From contig CAWHHI010000004.1 in assembly GCA_963829055.1 (NCBI GenBank), forward strand, positions 736,001-800,000: 64,000 nt of DNA, given 5' to 3'. Positions 20,375-32,341 of the stretch are shown here, piece after piece; the stretch's first letter is position 1, and the number at the start of each line of letters is the position of its first letter. Position numbers and translations under genes: made by a program. Source of the stretch: an uncultured Gemmatimonadaceae bacterium. Lineage in GTDB: Bacteria > Gemmatimonadota > Gemmatimonadetes > Gemmatimonadales > Gemmatimonadaceae. The notes beneath the pieces were generated by a model. It was not told the origin of the DNA, made no database searches, and saw nothing but the letters and a program-made list of their open reading frames with translations.

Positions 20375-21131
20375 TCATCGCGGACGTAACGCCGTCACGC
20401 GCGCCGAATCGCGCGCGACGCGCGTGAGCGGCGGGAACTGCACGAGGAGCCGGATCTCCGCCGGACGAACGGTCACGCCCGCCGCGAGCGCTTTCATGTC
20501 GATCGGGACCACGAAGTCCCCACTGTCCCGGACCGTGACCGTCTGGTCGACCGTGCTCACCGATGACACTGTGTTGACGATGCGGCGAGGACCGGTCACG
20601 GTCACGCTGTCGGGAACCATCCGCGTTAGGTGCTTGCGCGTCATCGTCCGTCCGCTGTCCGCCACGACGTGCACCGCGCTCGCGACCGGAACACGCGCGC
20701 GATGTCGTCACGTCGAACACGAGCACGAGACTGCGCGGCTGCACGTCGCGCACGATGGCGTCGATGTCCGGCGGGATGTAGACGTCCCCTGGTCGCAGGT
20801 CGATCGCGAGGCTATCGGGCGCGTCGTCCGTCACGATGCGACGCACCACCGGCGGCGTGTGATAGAGCTTGATGAGGTCGCGCGCGCGTCCGGCCACGAG
20901 AGCGCGGATCACCGGACGCTGCCCCGTCATGATGCGCGCGGAATCGTACGATGCGTCGAGACGTACGGGGACGAGCTCTTCCGACGGCTCCTCTGCACTG
21001 ACGACGAACCAGAGCACGACGGCGAAGAACAGTGCCGCGCCCTTGTAGCCGAGCCGCTCGGTGAACGCGCCTCTCAGCCATCGCCGGACCGAGGCGCCAG
21101 ATATGGACCGCTCGCCGTCGCGGCCCGGCAT
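20375..21131 (-). CDS. YbbR/CdaR-like membrane-anchored protein; frameshift near 20700
   Basis: N-terminal 'YKGAALFFAVVLWFVVS' anchor. YbbR-type 'PDSVTVTGP' lies in a second frame (20375..20674). Confidence 0.7.
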
Positions 21132-21132
21132 G

Positions 21133-21738
21133 TCAGGGGCGCACGGAAACCGGCGCCGTGTTCGGCGCGTCGGTGCCAGCGTCTCCAGCCGACGCGGGCA
21201 CGCCGAGCATCTGCGCGAAGAGCGCGCGATTCGCGGGCGAATCCCAGTTGTCGGCGGCAATCACTTTCTTTCGGATCACGCCATCTCGGCCAATGACGAA
21301 CGTCTCCGGAACACCGGTCGTCTGATATGCCGTCTTGATGCCACCCGGCGCATCGTACAGGATCTCGAACGTCAGCCCGTACTGATCGCGAAATTTCCTG
21401 ATCTCGTCCTCGAAGCCCGGACTGTCGACGCTCACGGCGACGACCTTGAGTCCGCGCGCGGCGTATCGGTCGTGAAGGGCCTGGATACTTGGCATCTCCG
21501 TGCGGCACGGGATGCAATACGTCGCCCAGATGTTGAGCAGCACCACCTGGCCCTTGTAGTCGGCGAGCGTCTTCGTGACCGGAACGCCGTCCACGGTCTT
21601 CGCCTGGAAGTCGGGTGCCTTCGAGCCGGCGGTGACCGGGAACAGCTCATCGCCCAGGTAGTGCGTGCCCGCGAGGAGCCCGCCTCCCAGGATGAGCACC
21701 ACGATGCCGACGAACGCCCACTGTTGCCTAACGGTCAT
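21133..21738 (-). CDS. TlpA/ResA family thiol-disulfide reductase
   Basis: N-terminal TM, APDF, LNIWATYCIPCRTEMP, GVPETFVI. Confidence 0.9.
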   Translation of the reverse strand: MTVRQQWAFVGIVVLILGGGLLAGTHYLGDELFPVTAGSKAPDFQAKTVDGVPVTKTLADYKGQVVLLNIWATYCIPCRTEMPSIQALHDRYAARGLKVVAVSVDSPGFEDEIRKFRDQYGLTFEILYDAPGGIKTAYQTTGVPETFVIGRDGVIRKKVIAADNWDSPANRALFAQMLGVPASAGDAGTDAPNTAPVSVRP

Positions 21739-22409
21739 ACGCTCACCCCACATCGACCACGCAGTTCACCGATCTCGCCCGCCGGATCGTGTGCGGAAAA
21801 GATCGCGTTTCCAGCGACGAACGTGTCGGCACCCGCGCGCCAGCAATCACCGATCGTATCTCGCGCGACGCCGCCATCGACTTCCAACGCCGCGGCGCTT
21901 CGCGAAGCCGCGAGGAGCGCGCGCGCGCGTCGAATCTTATCGAGCATCGGGCCGATGAACGACTGCCCACCGAATCCCGGATTTACCGTCATAATCAGCA
22001 GAAGGTCCAGGTCACCGGCGACCTCGCTCACCATCTCCAACGGCGTCGATGGATTGAGCGCGACGCCGGCATCGCAGCCGAGCTCCTTGATGCGATAGAT
22101 CTGCCGGTGCATGTGCGGCGCGACTTCAGCGTGAATCGTGAGTCCCGTCGCCCCCGCCTGCGCGAAGTCCTCGAAGTACTTCTCCGGCTGAACCACCATC
22201 ATGTGCACGTCCAGCGGCAGAGTCGTCAGCCGGCGAACGGTCTCGATGACCTTCGTGCCGAACGTCAGGTTCGGTACGAAGCATCCGTCCATGACGTCGA
22301 TGTGAACGAGGTCGGCGCCACCAGCCTCGATGCGCGCGACGTCATCCGCCAATCGCGAAAAATCGGCGCTGAGGATCGATGGGGCAATACGAGCGCGAAC
22401 GCCTTTCAT
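21735..22409 (-). CDS. rpe: Ribulose-phosphate 3-epimerase
   Basis: IAPSILSADF, HIDVMDG, MTVNPGFGGQ, EVDGG. Confidence 0.97.
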   Translation of the reverse strand: MKGVRARIAPSILSADFSRLADDVARIEAGGADLVHIDVMDGCFVPNLTFGTKVIETVRRLTTLPLDVHMMVVQPEKYFEDFAQAGATGLTIHAEVAPHMHRQIYRIKELGCDAGVALNPSTPLEMVSEVAGDLDLLLIMTVNPGFGGQSFIGPMLDKIRRARALLAASRSAAALEVDGGVARDTIGDCWRAGADTFVAGNAIFSAHDPAGEIGELRGRCGVSV

Positions 22410-23128
22410 GGAACGATCGAGAGTGAGACACGCGAGCCTGCGGCAAGCCGACTTCCCGCTGCGGGCGTTTGCGAGATGACGGTCTGTGGGATGCCGGTGG
22501 CGAGCGAATCGGTGGTGACTTCACCAAGGCGCAGACCCACCTGTTCGAGCATTGACCGCGCCGTGGAAAACGATTGGCCGACGACGTCGGGGGTGCTCAC
22601 CGCCGGCGGTCCGCTGCTGACGATGAGGTCGACGCGAGTGGATGGGGATACAGCCGTACCAGCCGCGGGAGCTGTCGCGAGCACGGCGCCTCTCGCGGCA
22701 TCACTCTCCTGCTCGCGCGTTTCGCCCACCTCGAGCCCGGCCTTCTCGATGGCGTCCTGAGCCAGTGCCTGCGTGAGGCCAACGACTGGCGGTACCTGCA
22801 ATTGCCGCTGGCCCGCGCTCACATCGAGAAGGACTTCCGTCCCGCGTGGCTCGGTCGCGCCAGGTGGGGGCGATTGCGCGAGCACGGTCGACTTGGGCGC
22901 GAGCTCCACGAAACGCTGTTCGCCGGTCTTCGCCTTGAAGCCGGCGGCGTCGAGTCTGTTCACGGCTTCATCGTACAGAAGACCCACCACCTGGGGAATC
23001 TTCCCGTCGTCCGGAATGATCTGCGCGGGGAATACGGCGAACGCGACAATCAGGTACGCGAGGAGGAATCCTCCAGCGGCGACCATGGCGTAGGGAAAAA
23101 GACGGCGCGAGGACGCGCGCCAGTTCAC
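22406..23128 (-). CDS. PASTA domain-containing membrane protein (three PASTA repeats, no kinase)
   Basis: TM helix, then IPQVVGL, VPPVVGL and TPDVVGQ repeats. GTG start overlaps the rsmB stop. Confidence 0.88.
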   Translation of the reverse strand: MNWRASSRRLFPYAMVAAGGFLLAYLIVAFAVFPAQIIPDDGKIPQVVGLLYDEAVNRLDAAGFKAKTGEQRFVELAPKSTVLAQSPPPGATEPRGTEVLLDVSAGQRQLQVPPVVGLTQALAQDAIEKAGLEVGETREQESDAARGAVLATAPAAGTAVSPSTRVDLIVSSGPPAVSTPDVVGQSFSTARSMLEQVGLRLGEVTTDSLATGIPQTVISQTPAAGSRLAAGSRVSLSIVP

Positions 23129-24510
23129 GCGCGCGCCCTCCGGAACCGAGCCGCGAACGCACCATCGGTCGCATGCCGCTGGGGAAGCACGCGTAGGCGA
23201 CCCGCATCGAGCACGGCCGAGGGGACCGCGCCATCCGGCGGCGGCTCGAGGACCCACTCCGGGTGCTCGGCCAGGAAGCTTTCCACTTGCGCGTCGTTCT
23301 CCTCGGGCTCGAGCGAGCACGTGCTGTAGATCATGAGCCCACCCGGACGCACGACCGACGCCGCGGCACGGATGATCGCGCGCTGCATCGCGCCCATAAC
23401 GGCCAGGTCGGACACCTTGAGTCGCCACCGCGCATCGGGGTGGCGCCGGAATGTGCCGGTGCCCGTGCACGGCACGTCAATCAACACCGCATCCACTGGT
23501 GCCAACGCCGGCTCCCGCGCGTCGGCGGCGACGGCGTAGATGTTCTTCGCCTCGACGCGGCGCAGGTTACCGGCCATGCGCGTTAGGCGCGCGAACGAGC
23601 GATCCACGGCGACCACCGTCCCGGCGGTACGCGACAGCTCGAGCGCCTTCCCGCCGGGTGCCGCACAGAGGTCGGCGACGGTACTGCCCGGCTCGATCGC
23701 CGCATAACGAGTCACGAGCGTCGCGCCCGGGTCCTGCACGAAGAACAGTCCCTGGCGGTATGCGCCGAGCTCCGCGAGCGAGACGCTGCTGGTAATGCGG
23801 ATGCTGTCGCGAACGAGCGGCACGTCCTCGACGTGCACACCCGCACCTTCGAGCATCGCTTCCAGCTGCTCGCGCACGACGCCGAACGGCCGCAGGATGA
23901 TCGGCGCCTCGGCATTGTTCGCGGAGAGAAGCCGCTCGGTGTCCTCGGCGCCCCAGCGTGCGACCCACCGCGCGACGAGCCAGCGCGGATGCGAGTACGT
24001 GAGCGCGAGTGCGTCGATCGGGTCGGGACGCGGCGCGGCCGGCTCTGCGCGCGGAACGGGCGGGAAGGGAATCATCTCCCGCTCGCGATCCACGCGACGC
24101 AGCACCGCGTTCACCAGCTTGCTCGCACCGAGGCCGTGGCGTCGCTTCGCCAGCTCGACGGACTGCGCGATGGCAGCGTAGGGCGGCACGCTGCGCATGA
24201 ACAGCAGCTGATAGACGCCTAACCGGAGGATGTCGGTGAGGTCGGGATCGAGCCGCGCGAGCCCGCCGCGCACGCGCTCGGACAGCGCCGCGTCGAGCCA
24301 GGCGCGCCGGCGCAGCATCCCGTAGAGCAATTCCTGCGTCCACCTGCGGTCGCGCGCGTCGAGCGACTCGACGCGCCGCTCGAACGACGAGTCCAGCAAC
24401 TCGCCGGCACGCAGGTCGGCGCACACATCGGCGGCCGCGACGCGCGCGTCAGTGACGCCACCGCGAGCAGCGGTCGCGGATCCCGCGTGGTGCTCGGCGT
24501 CTTCGCTCAT
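23125..24510 (-). CDS. rsmB: 16S rRNA m5C967 methyltransferase (NusB-like + SAM MTase)
   Basis: YSHPRWL, VQD, DLCAAPGGK, DVPCTGTG, YSTCSLEPEEN. Confidence 0.93.
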   Translation of the reverse strand: MSEDAEHHAGSATAARGGVTDARVAAADVCADLRAGELLDSSFERRVESLDARDRRWTQELLYGMLRRRAWLDAALSERVRGGLARLDPDLTDILRLGVYQLLFMRSVPPYAAIAQSVELAKRRHGLGASKLVNAVLRRVDREREMIPFPPVPRAEPAAPRPDPIDALALTYSHPRWLVARWVARWGAEDTERLLSANNAEAPIILRPFGVVREQLEAMLEGAGVHVEDVPLVRDSIRITSSVSLAELGAYRQGLFFVQDPGATLVTRYAAIEPGSTVADLCAAPGGKALELSRTAGTVVAVDRSFARLTRMAGNLRRVEAKNIYAVAADAREPALAPVDAVLIDVPCTGTGTFRRHPDARWRLKVSDLAVMGAMQRAIIRAAASVVRPGGLMIYSTCSLEPEENDAQVESFLAEHPEWVLEPPPDGAVPSAVLDAGRLRVLPQRHATDGAFAARFRRARA

Positions 24511-25304
24511 CCGAGCATTCCCGCGATCGGTGAGGATGGCACCGCGATCTCACGTCGCGGCATACGGCCGGCGAGGTGTGCGAGCCGGCCCGCTTCGACC
24601 GCGAGTCGCATGGCCACCGCCATGCGCACCGGATCGCCGGCTGCCGCAATGCCCGTGTTCATCAGGATTCCGTCCACGCCCTGCTCCATCGTGATGCACG
24701 CGTCAGAGGCCGTACCAACACCGGCGTCGACGATCACCGGCACCGAGAGTCGATGCTTGATGGTGCGGATGGCGAAGGGATTCAGCAACCCGAGACCCGA
24801 GCCAATTGGCGAGGCCAACGGCATCACCGCGACGGCGCCGGCGTCCTCCAGCCGGAGCGCGGTGATCAGGTCGTCGTTCGTGTAGGCCATCACCTTGAAG
24901 CCGTCGGCTGCCAACACACGGGTCGCGTCCAGCAACCCCGCCGTGTCGGGAAGCAGACTCTCCTGGTCACCGATGACTTCGAGCTTCACCCACTCGTTGA
25001 ACCCAGCGGCCCGAGCGAGTCGGGCGTAGCGCACTGCGTCATCGGCGGAGTAGCAGCCGGCTGTGTTCGCGAGCAGGAAGTAGCGAGCCGGATCGAGGTG
25101 ATGCAGCACGCCCGCGTCCTTCGTGCGGTCGAGATCGACGCGCCGTACGGCCACGGTCACGACCTCGGCACCGGACGCCTCGATGGCCTGCACCATCACC
25201 GCGTTCGACGGATACTTCCCCGTGCCCACCATCAGACGCGACTGGAATTCGCGCTCGCCGACGATGAACGACGTATCGAGCGTCGGTTGGGTCGCCGTCG
25301 CCAT
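24507..25304 (-). CDS. thiG: Thiazole synthase
   Basis: SRLMVGTGKY, NTAGC, VKLEVIGD, MPLASPIGSG, DAGVG. Confidence 0.97.
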   Translation of the reverse strand: MATATQPTLDTSFIVGEREFQSRLMVGTGKYPSNAVMVQAIEASGAEVVTVAVRRVDLDRTKDAGVLHHLDPARYFLLANTAGCYSADDAVRYARLARAAGFNEWVKLEVIGDQESLLPDTAGLLDATRVLAADGFKVMAYTNDDLITALRLEDAGAVAVMPLASPIGSGLGLLNPFAIRTIKHRLSVPVIVDAGVGTASDACITMEQGVDGILMNTGIAAAGDPVRMAVAMRLAVEAGRLAHLAGRMPRREIAVPSSPIAGMLG

Positions 25305-25307
25305 CGC

Positions 25308-25541
25308 TCAGCCTCCGCCCACGAAGTGCACGATCTCGATCGTGTCGCCGCCCGTGAGCTCAATGTGCCCATACGAGTCACGGTCGCGGAGAATCTCGCG
25401 ATTCCGCTCGACGACCACGAGCCGCGGGTCGAGCTCGAGCGATGTGAGCAGCGATGTGATCGTCGATCCCGCCGGGATGTCCCGCGAATCGCCGTTCACT
25501 GTGATCGCGACCGCGTCGCTACGGACCCCCAAATGCGCCAT
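25308..25541 (-). CDS. thiS: Sulfur carrier protein
   Basis: ITVNG...VVERNREI...IEIVHFVGGG C-terminus; directly upstream of thiG. Confidence 0.93.
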   Translation of the reverse strand: MAHLGVRSDAVAITVNGDSRDIPAGSTITSLLTSLELDPRLVVVERNREILRDRDSYGHIELTGGDTIEIVHFVGGG

Positions 25542-26205
25542 GGGCAGAAAGATAGTCGATGACGGCAGCGCCGGCATCGCGCGCGTGCCACACACCGCGA
25601 ATGACCGCGACGCCATGCGCACCGGCATCACGTAGTGCCCGCACGTGCTCAGGTCGGACGCCGCCGATGGCGAGGATGGGCACGGCGCAATTGGCGGCGA
25701 GCCGCTCGATGAACGCCGTGCCGCGGCCATCCTCTCCGGGGTGCGACTCGGTCTCGAACACATGTCCCGCGACGATCCACTGGACGCCGGCGGCGGTCGC
25801 TGCCTCGGCGTCGTCGGCGGAGTGAACGCTCGCACCCACAGCCAACGTCGGGACGGAACGACGGGCGTCGGTTGGAGACATGGAGCGCGATGTGAGTTGG
25901 ACACCACGTGCGCCTGAAGTCAGAGCGACATCCGCGCGGTCGTTCACGACGAGCCACGCTCCGGTCTCTTGCTGCAGCTCGGCGATCCGACACGACAGGT
26001 CGTAGAGGCGGCGTCCGCCCAGCCTCGGGGCGCGCACGTGGACCGCCACGCGGGGCCCGCCGGCGTGCATGACGCGACGCGCGCGGTCGACGAAATCGGA
26101 GCGCAGCACGATGTCGTCGCTCGTGACGGCGTGAAGCACCGGAATGCGATCAGCATCCCGGACGCCGGATGCTCGCGCGGCTTCCTCAGGTCCCGAGCTG
26201 GTCAC
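25519..26205 (-). CDS. thiE: Thiamine phosphate synthase (ThiE/TenI family)
   Basis: VVNDRADVA, GASVHS, GHVFETESH, AIGGV, GVAVI. The SVHS/GHVF pattern is TenI-like, so the thiE call is moderate. Confidence 0.75.
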   Translation of the reverse strand: MTSSGPEEAARASGVRDADRIPVLHAVTSDDIVLRSDFVDRARRVMHAGGPRVAVHVRAPRLGGRRLYDLSCRIAELQQETGAWLVVNDRADVALTSGARGVQLTSRSMSPTDARRSVPTLAVGASVHSADDAEAATAAGVQWIVAGHVFETESHPGEDGRGTAFIERLAANCAVPILAIGGVRPEHVRALRDAGAHGVAVIRGVWHARDAGAAVIDYLSAHGAFGGP

Positions 26206-27137
26206 CGACCTTGATCCCCCGGCCGCGCGCCAGCTCGCCAATGCTCAATCGTCGCTTCCCGGCCGGCTGTGCATCGACGATGCGCACCACGCCGTCCCCA
26301 CACGCGATCACCGCGCCGTCGTCGTCGATCGCGAGCACGGTGCCTCCGCTGGGAAACGCGGTGCCGTGTGCGATAGCGAGCGTTGCTGCGCGGGCGCCGA
26401 AGACCTTCACGTCGGCGCCACCGAGCGTCGTGAACGCTCCGGGCTTGGGATCGAACGCGCGGATGGCTGTGGCAATCTCGCCAGCAGAACGGGTCCAGTC
26501 GATCCGTGCATCGTCGCGCTCGATCTTGGGCGCCATCGTGGCGGCTGCTTCGTCCTGCGGACGCTCGACGATGGCGCCGATGTCGAGCAGCGACAGTGCC
26601 TCGATGAGCGCGAGGGCGCCGAGCTCCGAGAGGCGCAACTGCAGCTCGCCGTACGTCTCGTCGTGCACGATCGGCGTCGCGCACCTGCAGCAGGATCGGT
26701 CCGGCGTCGAGCTTGGGGACCATCCGCATGATGGTCACGCCGGTCTCGCTCTGCCCGGCGCGAATGGCGGCCTGGATCGGCGCCGCGCCCCGCCATTGTG
26801 GAAGCAGCGAGGCGTGGATGTTCAGCGTGCCGAGCCGCGGAAGGTCGATGACTTCGCGCGGGAGGATGTGGCCATACGCGACGACGACGGAGATATCGGG
26901 CTCGAGGGCGCGGATGGCGTCGACGAACTCCGGACCACGCGGCCGATCCGGCTGCAGCACGGTGAGGGATTCTTCGAGCGCGATCTGCTTGATGGGTGAT
27001 GCGACGAGCGACGAGCGCGATCGACCTCGCGGGCGGTCAGGCTGCGTGACGACGCCGACGACCTCGAACCCTTCGCCGAGCAACGCGCGCAGTGGCGGCG
27101 CCGCGAATTCCGGCGTTCCCCAGAAGAGCACCCTCAT
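26186..27137 (-). CDS. fmt: Methionyl-tRNA formyltransferase; frameshift near 26680
   Basis: FWGTPEFA, VTQPDRP, NIHASLLPQWRGAAPIQ in one frame. C-part (APKIERDDARIDW, QPAGKR) in ORF 26186..26668. Confidence 0.93.
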
Positions 27138-27158
27138 GGGAGCACTCTCATGGCGCGA

Positions 27159-27713
27159 TCAGAGCGCCTCCTCTCCGTGCCTGCCCGCGATCTCGTTAGG
27201 CGGCAGGCGTCGCATGTTCTGCGGGAAATCCTTTTTCATCGACTCCCACTTCGCGAGCGCGGCCCGCCGCTTGAGGAAGCTCAGGTAGTCGATGAACAGC
27301 TTGCCGTGGAGATGATCGATCTCGTGCTGGAGGCAGCGCGCGAGGAGGTCCGTGGCTTCGAGCTCGAATGGCTGACCGTCGCGGTCGAGCGCACGGACGG
27401 TGACGTTGAGCGCGCGATCGACATCGCCGAACACTTCCGGGATCGAGAGACACCCTTCTTCACCGCGGGCGGAGCCTTCGGTGAGAATGATCTCGGGGTT
27501 CACGATGACGATGGGACTGTTCTCGATATCGACGACCGCGATGCGCTCGGTGCGGCCAATCTGCGGCGCAGCGAGTCCGATACCCTTCGCGGCGTACATG
27601 GTCTCGAACATGTCGTCAGTGAGACGCCGCAGCTCGTCGGTCATGCGTTCGACGGGCCGCGTTTCCTGGCGAAGGATCGGAGAACCGAGAACGTGTATTT
27701 CTAGGAGGGACAC
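27159..27713 (-). CDS. def: Peptide deformylase
   Basis: GIGLAAPQIG, EGCLSIP, QHEIDHL. Confidence 0.97.
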   Translation of the reverse strand: MSLLEIHVLGSPILRQETRPVERMTDELRRLTDDMFETMYAAKGIGLAAPQIGRTERIAVVDIENSPIVIVNPEIILTEGSARGEEGCLSIPEVFGDVDRALNVTVRALDRDGQPFELEATDLLARCLQHEIDHLHGKLFIDYLSFLKRRAALAKWESMKKDFPQNMRRLPPNEIAGRHGEEAL

Positions 27714-27760
27714 TGAACTAGCGGGGAACCGGGAACTGGGAACCGATAACTCGCTGACCG

Positions 27761-29367
<1,607 letters not shown>

Positions 29368-29832
29368 TCACTCGCGAGCCGCGCGGCACGGACGATGGTC
29401 GCGGATCATCGGCAGCACCTCGAGCGTGGACGCTGCGACGTTAGGCGCGCAGCTGTACCCCATGCGCAGCCGTCGCGTCGCGGACGTCTTGGTCGTCGCC
29501 CGCAGAGAATCGACCTTGAGCTGTGCAGCCACCGTGCCGAACAGGCCATCCAGGAGCTCGTCGCCCGACGATGACACCAACTCGGCTCGCGTGACGGCGC
29601 CGGTGGTATCGGTGAGAACGGTGACGCGCACGTCGCCGCTCTCGGGCTTGTTCGCCGCCAGCCGCTCGGGGCATTGCACGCGCAGATACTGGTCGAGTGT
29701 CTGCGTCGCGGCATCGAGCTCGAAGCGCGGGTTCTTGGCGTCAGGGAGGTAGTAGCGCGTCACGGTATGCACGCATGCCGCCGCCACGAGCAACATCGCG
29801 ACGCCGAGCATGGTTAGGCGCTGCCGCGTCAT
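29368..29832 (-). CDS. Putative lipoprotein with TonB C-terminal-like domain
   Basis: Signal peptide ending LLVAAAC; 'GDVRVTVLTDTTGAVTRAELVSSSGDELLD' resembles TonB_C. Confidence 0.65.
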   Translation of the reverse strand: MTRQRLTMLGVAMLLVAAACVHTVTRYYLPDAKNPRFELDAATQTLDQYLRVQCPERLAANKPESGDVRVTVLTDTTGAVTRAELVSSSGDELLDGLFGTVAAQLKVDSLRATTKTSATRRLRMGYSCAPNVAASTLEVLPMIRDHRPCRAARE

Positions 29833-29845
29833 CGCGGCCGGCCGC

Positions 29846-30898
29846 TCATAAAATGACCATCGCATCGCCATAGGAATAGAATCGGTAGCCTGTCTCGAGC
29901 GCTGTTCGATACGCGCGCATCGTGAGGTCGTACCCGGCGAACGCAGCGACGAGCATGATCAGCGTGGAGCGCGGAAGATGAAAGTTCGTGATCAGTTTGT
30001 CTACGGCGCGGAACTCGTACGGCGGCCGGATGAAGATACGCGTGTCGCCGCTCGCCGCGGCGAATGATCGGTCTTCGCGCGCCGCGCTCTCGAGCGTCCT
30101 CACCGACGTGGTGCCAACCGCCCAGATATTTCTGCCGTTCGCCCGCGCCGCGTTGAGCGTCTCGGCCGCGGCTTCACTGAGCCGAAACCACTCCTCGTGC
30201 ATCACGTGGTCCGCGGGATCGTCGGTTTCCACTGGCTTGAATGTTCCCGCGCCGACGTGGAGCAGGAGATCGGCGCGCCGGACCCCTTTTGCGGCGAGCG
30301 TGTCGAGAAGCTCCGGCGTGAAATGGAGGCCGGCGGTGGGTGCCGCGACCGATCCCGACTCGTTCGCGTAGACGGTCTGATACCGGTCCGTGTCCGTGGC
30401 TTCATCGCTGCGCGCGATGTAAGGCGGCAACGGAACGTGTCCGACGCGCTCTATCGCTTCGTCTATCGGCAACGGCGATCGCAGTTGCACGATGCGCGAG
30501 CGACGATCGGTCACCTCGAGGACATCAACGTCGAGCTCCGGCGCGATGTGAATCGTGCGGCCGGGTTTCACCTTTCCGCCGGGGTGGACGAGCGCCTCGA
30601 ACCGATCGTCGCCGAGTGGCTTGAGCAGAAACACTTCGGCGGGTGCACCGGAGTCTCGTGTGCCGAGGAGCCGGGCGCGGAAGACGCGCGTGGTGTTGAG
30701 CGCGAGCGCGTCGCCGGGTGCGACGAGCGTGGCAATGTCCGCGAAGCGGCCGTGATCGATCGTACCGGCGGCGCGGTTCACGATCATGAGCCGGCTCTGG
30801 TCGCGCCGCGCCGCGGGCGTCTGCGCTATGCGGTCGCGGGGGAGCTCGAAATCGTAGTCCGAGGTGCGGAGCCCGGGTGTGGCGTTAGGCGCTGTCAT
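29846..30898 (-). CDS. queA: S-adenosylmethionine:tRNA ribosyltransferase-isomerase
   Basis: DYDFELP...IAQTP, PLPPYI, SVAAPTAGLHF, HVGAGTF, TNFHLPRST, YRFYSYGDAM. Confidence 0.97.
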   Translation of the reverse strand: MTAPNATPGLRTSDYDFELPRDRIAQTPAARRDQSRLMIVNRAAGTIDHGRFADIATLVAPGDALALNTTRVFRARLLGTRDSGAPAEVFLLKPLGDDRFEALVHPGGKVKPGRTIHIAPELDVDVLEVTDRRSRIVQLRSPLPIDEAIERVGHVPLPPYIARSDEATDTDRYQTVYANESGSVAAPTAGLHFTPELLDTLAAKGVRRADLLLHVGAGTFKPVETDDPADHVMHEEWFRLSEAAAETLNAARANGRNIWAVGTTSVRTLESAAREDRSFAAASGDTRIFIRPPYEFRAVDKLITNFHLPRSTLIMLVAAFAGYDLTMRAYRTALETGYRFYSYGDAMVIL

Positions 30899-31054
30899 TC
30901 CGAGCGGGTTGTCATTCCGAGCGAGCGTCAGCGAGTCGAGGAATCGCGAGCGTCCCGCTAGAGGGCCCTCTACCGAGGACAGTCTCGATTCCTCGACTCC
31001 GGCCTTCGGCCTCCGCTCGGAATGACACGGATCCCCGCTCGGCTCGGAATGACA
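30893..31054. repeat. GTCATTCCGAGCG...CTCGGAATGAC REP-like palindromic element, copy A
   Basis: Nested inverted repeats tgtcattccgagc/gctcggaatgaca (twice), gagtcgaggaatcg/cgattcctcgactc, central tagagggccctcta. Confidence 0.88.
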
Positions 31055-31057
31055 GGG

Positions 31058-32089
31058 TCACCCTTCGAACAGCGTGCCCTGATTGTGCTGCGCTGGCGGA
31101 GTATAGCCGAAGTGTCGATAGGCGATGGACGTCGCGACGCGGCCGCGAGGTGTGCGCTGGAGGAAGCCGTTCTGAACGAGAAACGGCTCGTACACCTCTT
31201 CGATCGTGCTCGCATCTTCGCCGACAGCGGCCGCGATCGTGTTGATGCCGACCGGCCCGCCCTCGAACTTCTCGATGATCGACTTGAGGATGCGCGAGTC
31301 CATGTCGTCGAGGCCGAACTGGTCGACCTCGAGCAACTGCAACGCGTCGTGCGCAATGTCGCGGGTGATCGTGCCGTTGCCTTTCACCTGCGCGTAGTCG
31401 CGAACACGACGCAGCAGGCGGTTCGCGATGCGCGGCGTACCACGCGAGCGCCGAGACAGCTCCGCCGCGCCCTCCGGAACGATCGGCACCTTGAGCACCT
31501 CGGCCGTTCGATGCACGATGAGCTCGAGGTCTTCAGCCGGGTAGTAATTGAGTCGCTGCTCGATGCCGAACCGTGCGCGCATCGGCGGCGTCAGCATGCC
31601 AAGCCGAGTCGTCGCGCCGATCAGCGTGAACTTCTCGATCGGCATGGTGATCGTCTGCGCCTTCGGTCCTTCGGAGAGCCGGATGTCGATCCGGTAATCC
31701 TCCATCGCGGGATAGAGGAACTCCTCGATGATCGGGCGCAGGCGGTGGATCTCGTCGATGAACAGAATGTCGCCGGCTCGCAGATTCGTGAGCGTGCCTA
31801 CGAGATCACCGGGCTTCTCGAGCGCTGGCCCCGACGTCGTTCGGATGTTCACGCCAAGCTCTCGCGCGATGAGCTCGGCCAGCGTCGTTTTGCCGAGGCC
31901 GGGCGGGCCGAAGAACAGCGTGTGATCGAGCGGCTCACGCCGGCTGAGGGCGGCGTCGATGTAGATACGAAGGCTGTCCTTCACCTTCTGCTGGCCAATG
32001 AATTCGGCGAGCCGCTGCGGGCGGAGGGACAGCTCTACGGGACCTTCTTCGGCGAGCTCTTCCGGGGTCGTGACTTCTCGTGGGGACAT
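31058..32089 (-). CDS. ruvB: Holliday junction branch migration helicase
   Basis: [49 protein letters not shown]. Confidence 0.98.
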   Translation of the reverse strand: MSPREVTTPEELAEEGPVELSLRPQRLAEFIGQQKVKDSLRIYIDAALSRREPLDHTLFFGPPGLGKTTLAELIARELGVNIRTTSGPALEKPGDLVGTLTNLRAGDILFIDEIHRLRPIIEEFLYPAMEDYRIDIRLSEGPKAQTITMPIEKFTLIGATTRLGMLTPPMRARFGIEQRLNYYPAEDLELIVHRTAEVLKVPIVPEGAAELSRRSRGTPRIANRLLRRVRDYAQVKGNGTITRDIAHDALQLLEVDQFGLDDMDSRILKSIIEKFEGGPVGINTIAAAVGEDASTIEEVYEPFLVQNGFLQRTPRGRVATSIAYRHFGYTPPAQHNQGTLFEG

Positions 32090-32155
32090 CGTTCAGCGTC
32101 GCAGGAGGAGCGCGTAATCTAACCGAAGAGATACCGATACGCAGCAGCCACGACG

Positions 32156-32305
32156 CTATGGCTTCGGCGTGGGATTGGGCGCCTGCGCGTTGCCGTCCAG
32201 CGCCGACGATCGCGACGTCGATCGTGGCGTGCAGAGCGTCATCAGGACAGCGATGATCGCTCCCATCACCACGATCGCCGCCACGGGCCGAGTGTATCGC
32301 GCCAT
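32156..32305 (-). CDS. Small membrane-anchored protein, 49 aa (below the ORF-track cutoff)
   Basis: MARYTRPVAAIVVMGAIIAVLMTLCTPRSTSRSSALDGNAQAPNPTPKP; GGAG 5 nt upstream of the ATG; fills the gap in a minus-strand operon. Confidence 0.6.
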   Translation of the reverse strand: MARYTRPVAAIVVMGAIIAVLMTLCTPRSTSRSSALDGNAQAPNPTPKP

Positions 32306-32341
32306 GGTCGCTCCGCCTAACGATGGCCGAAGCTCGAGCGA

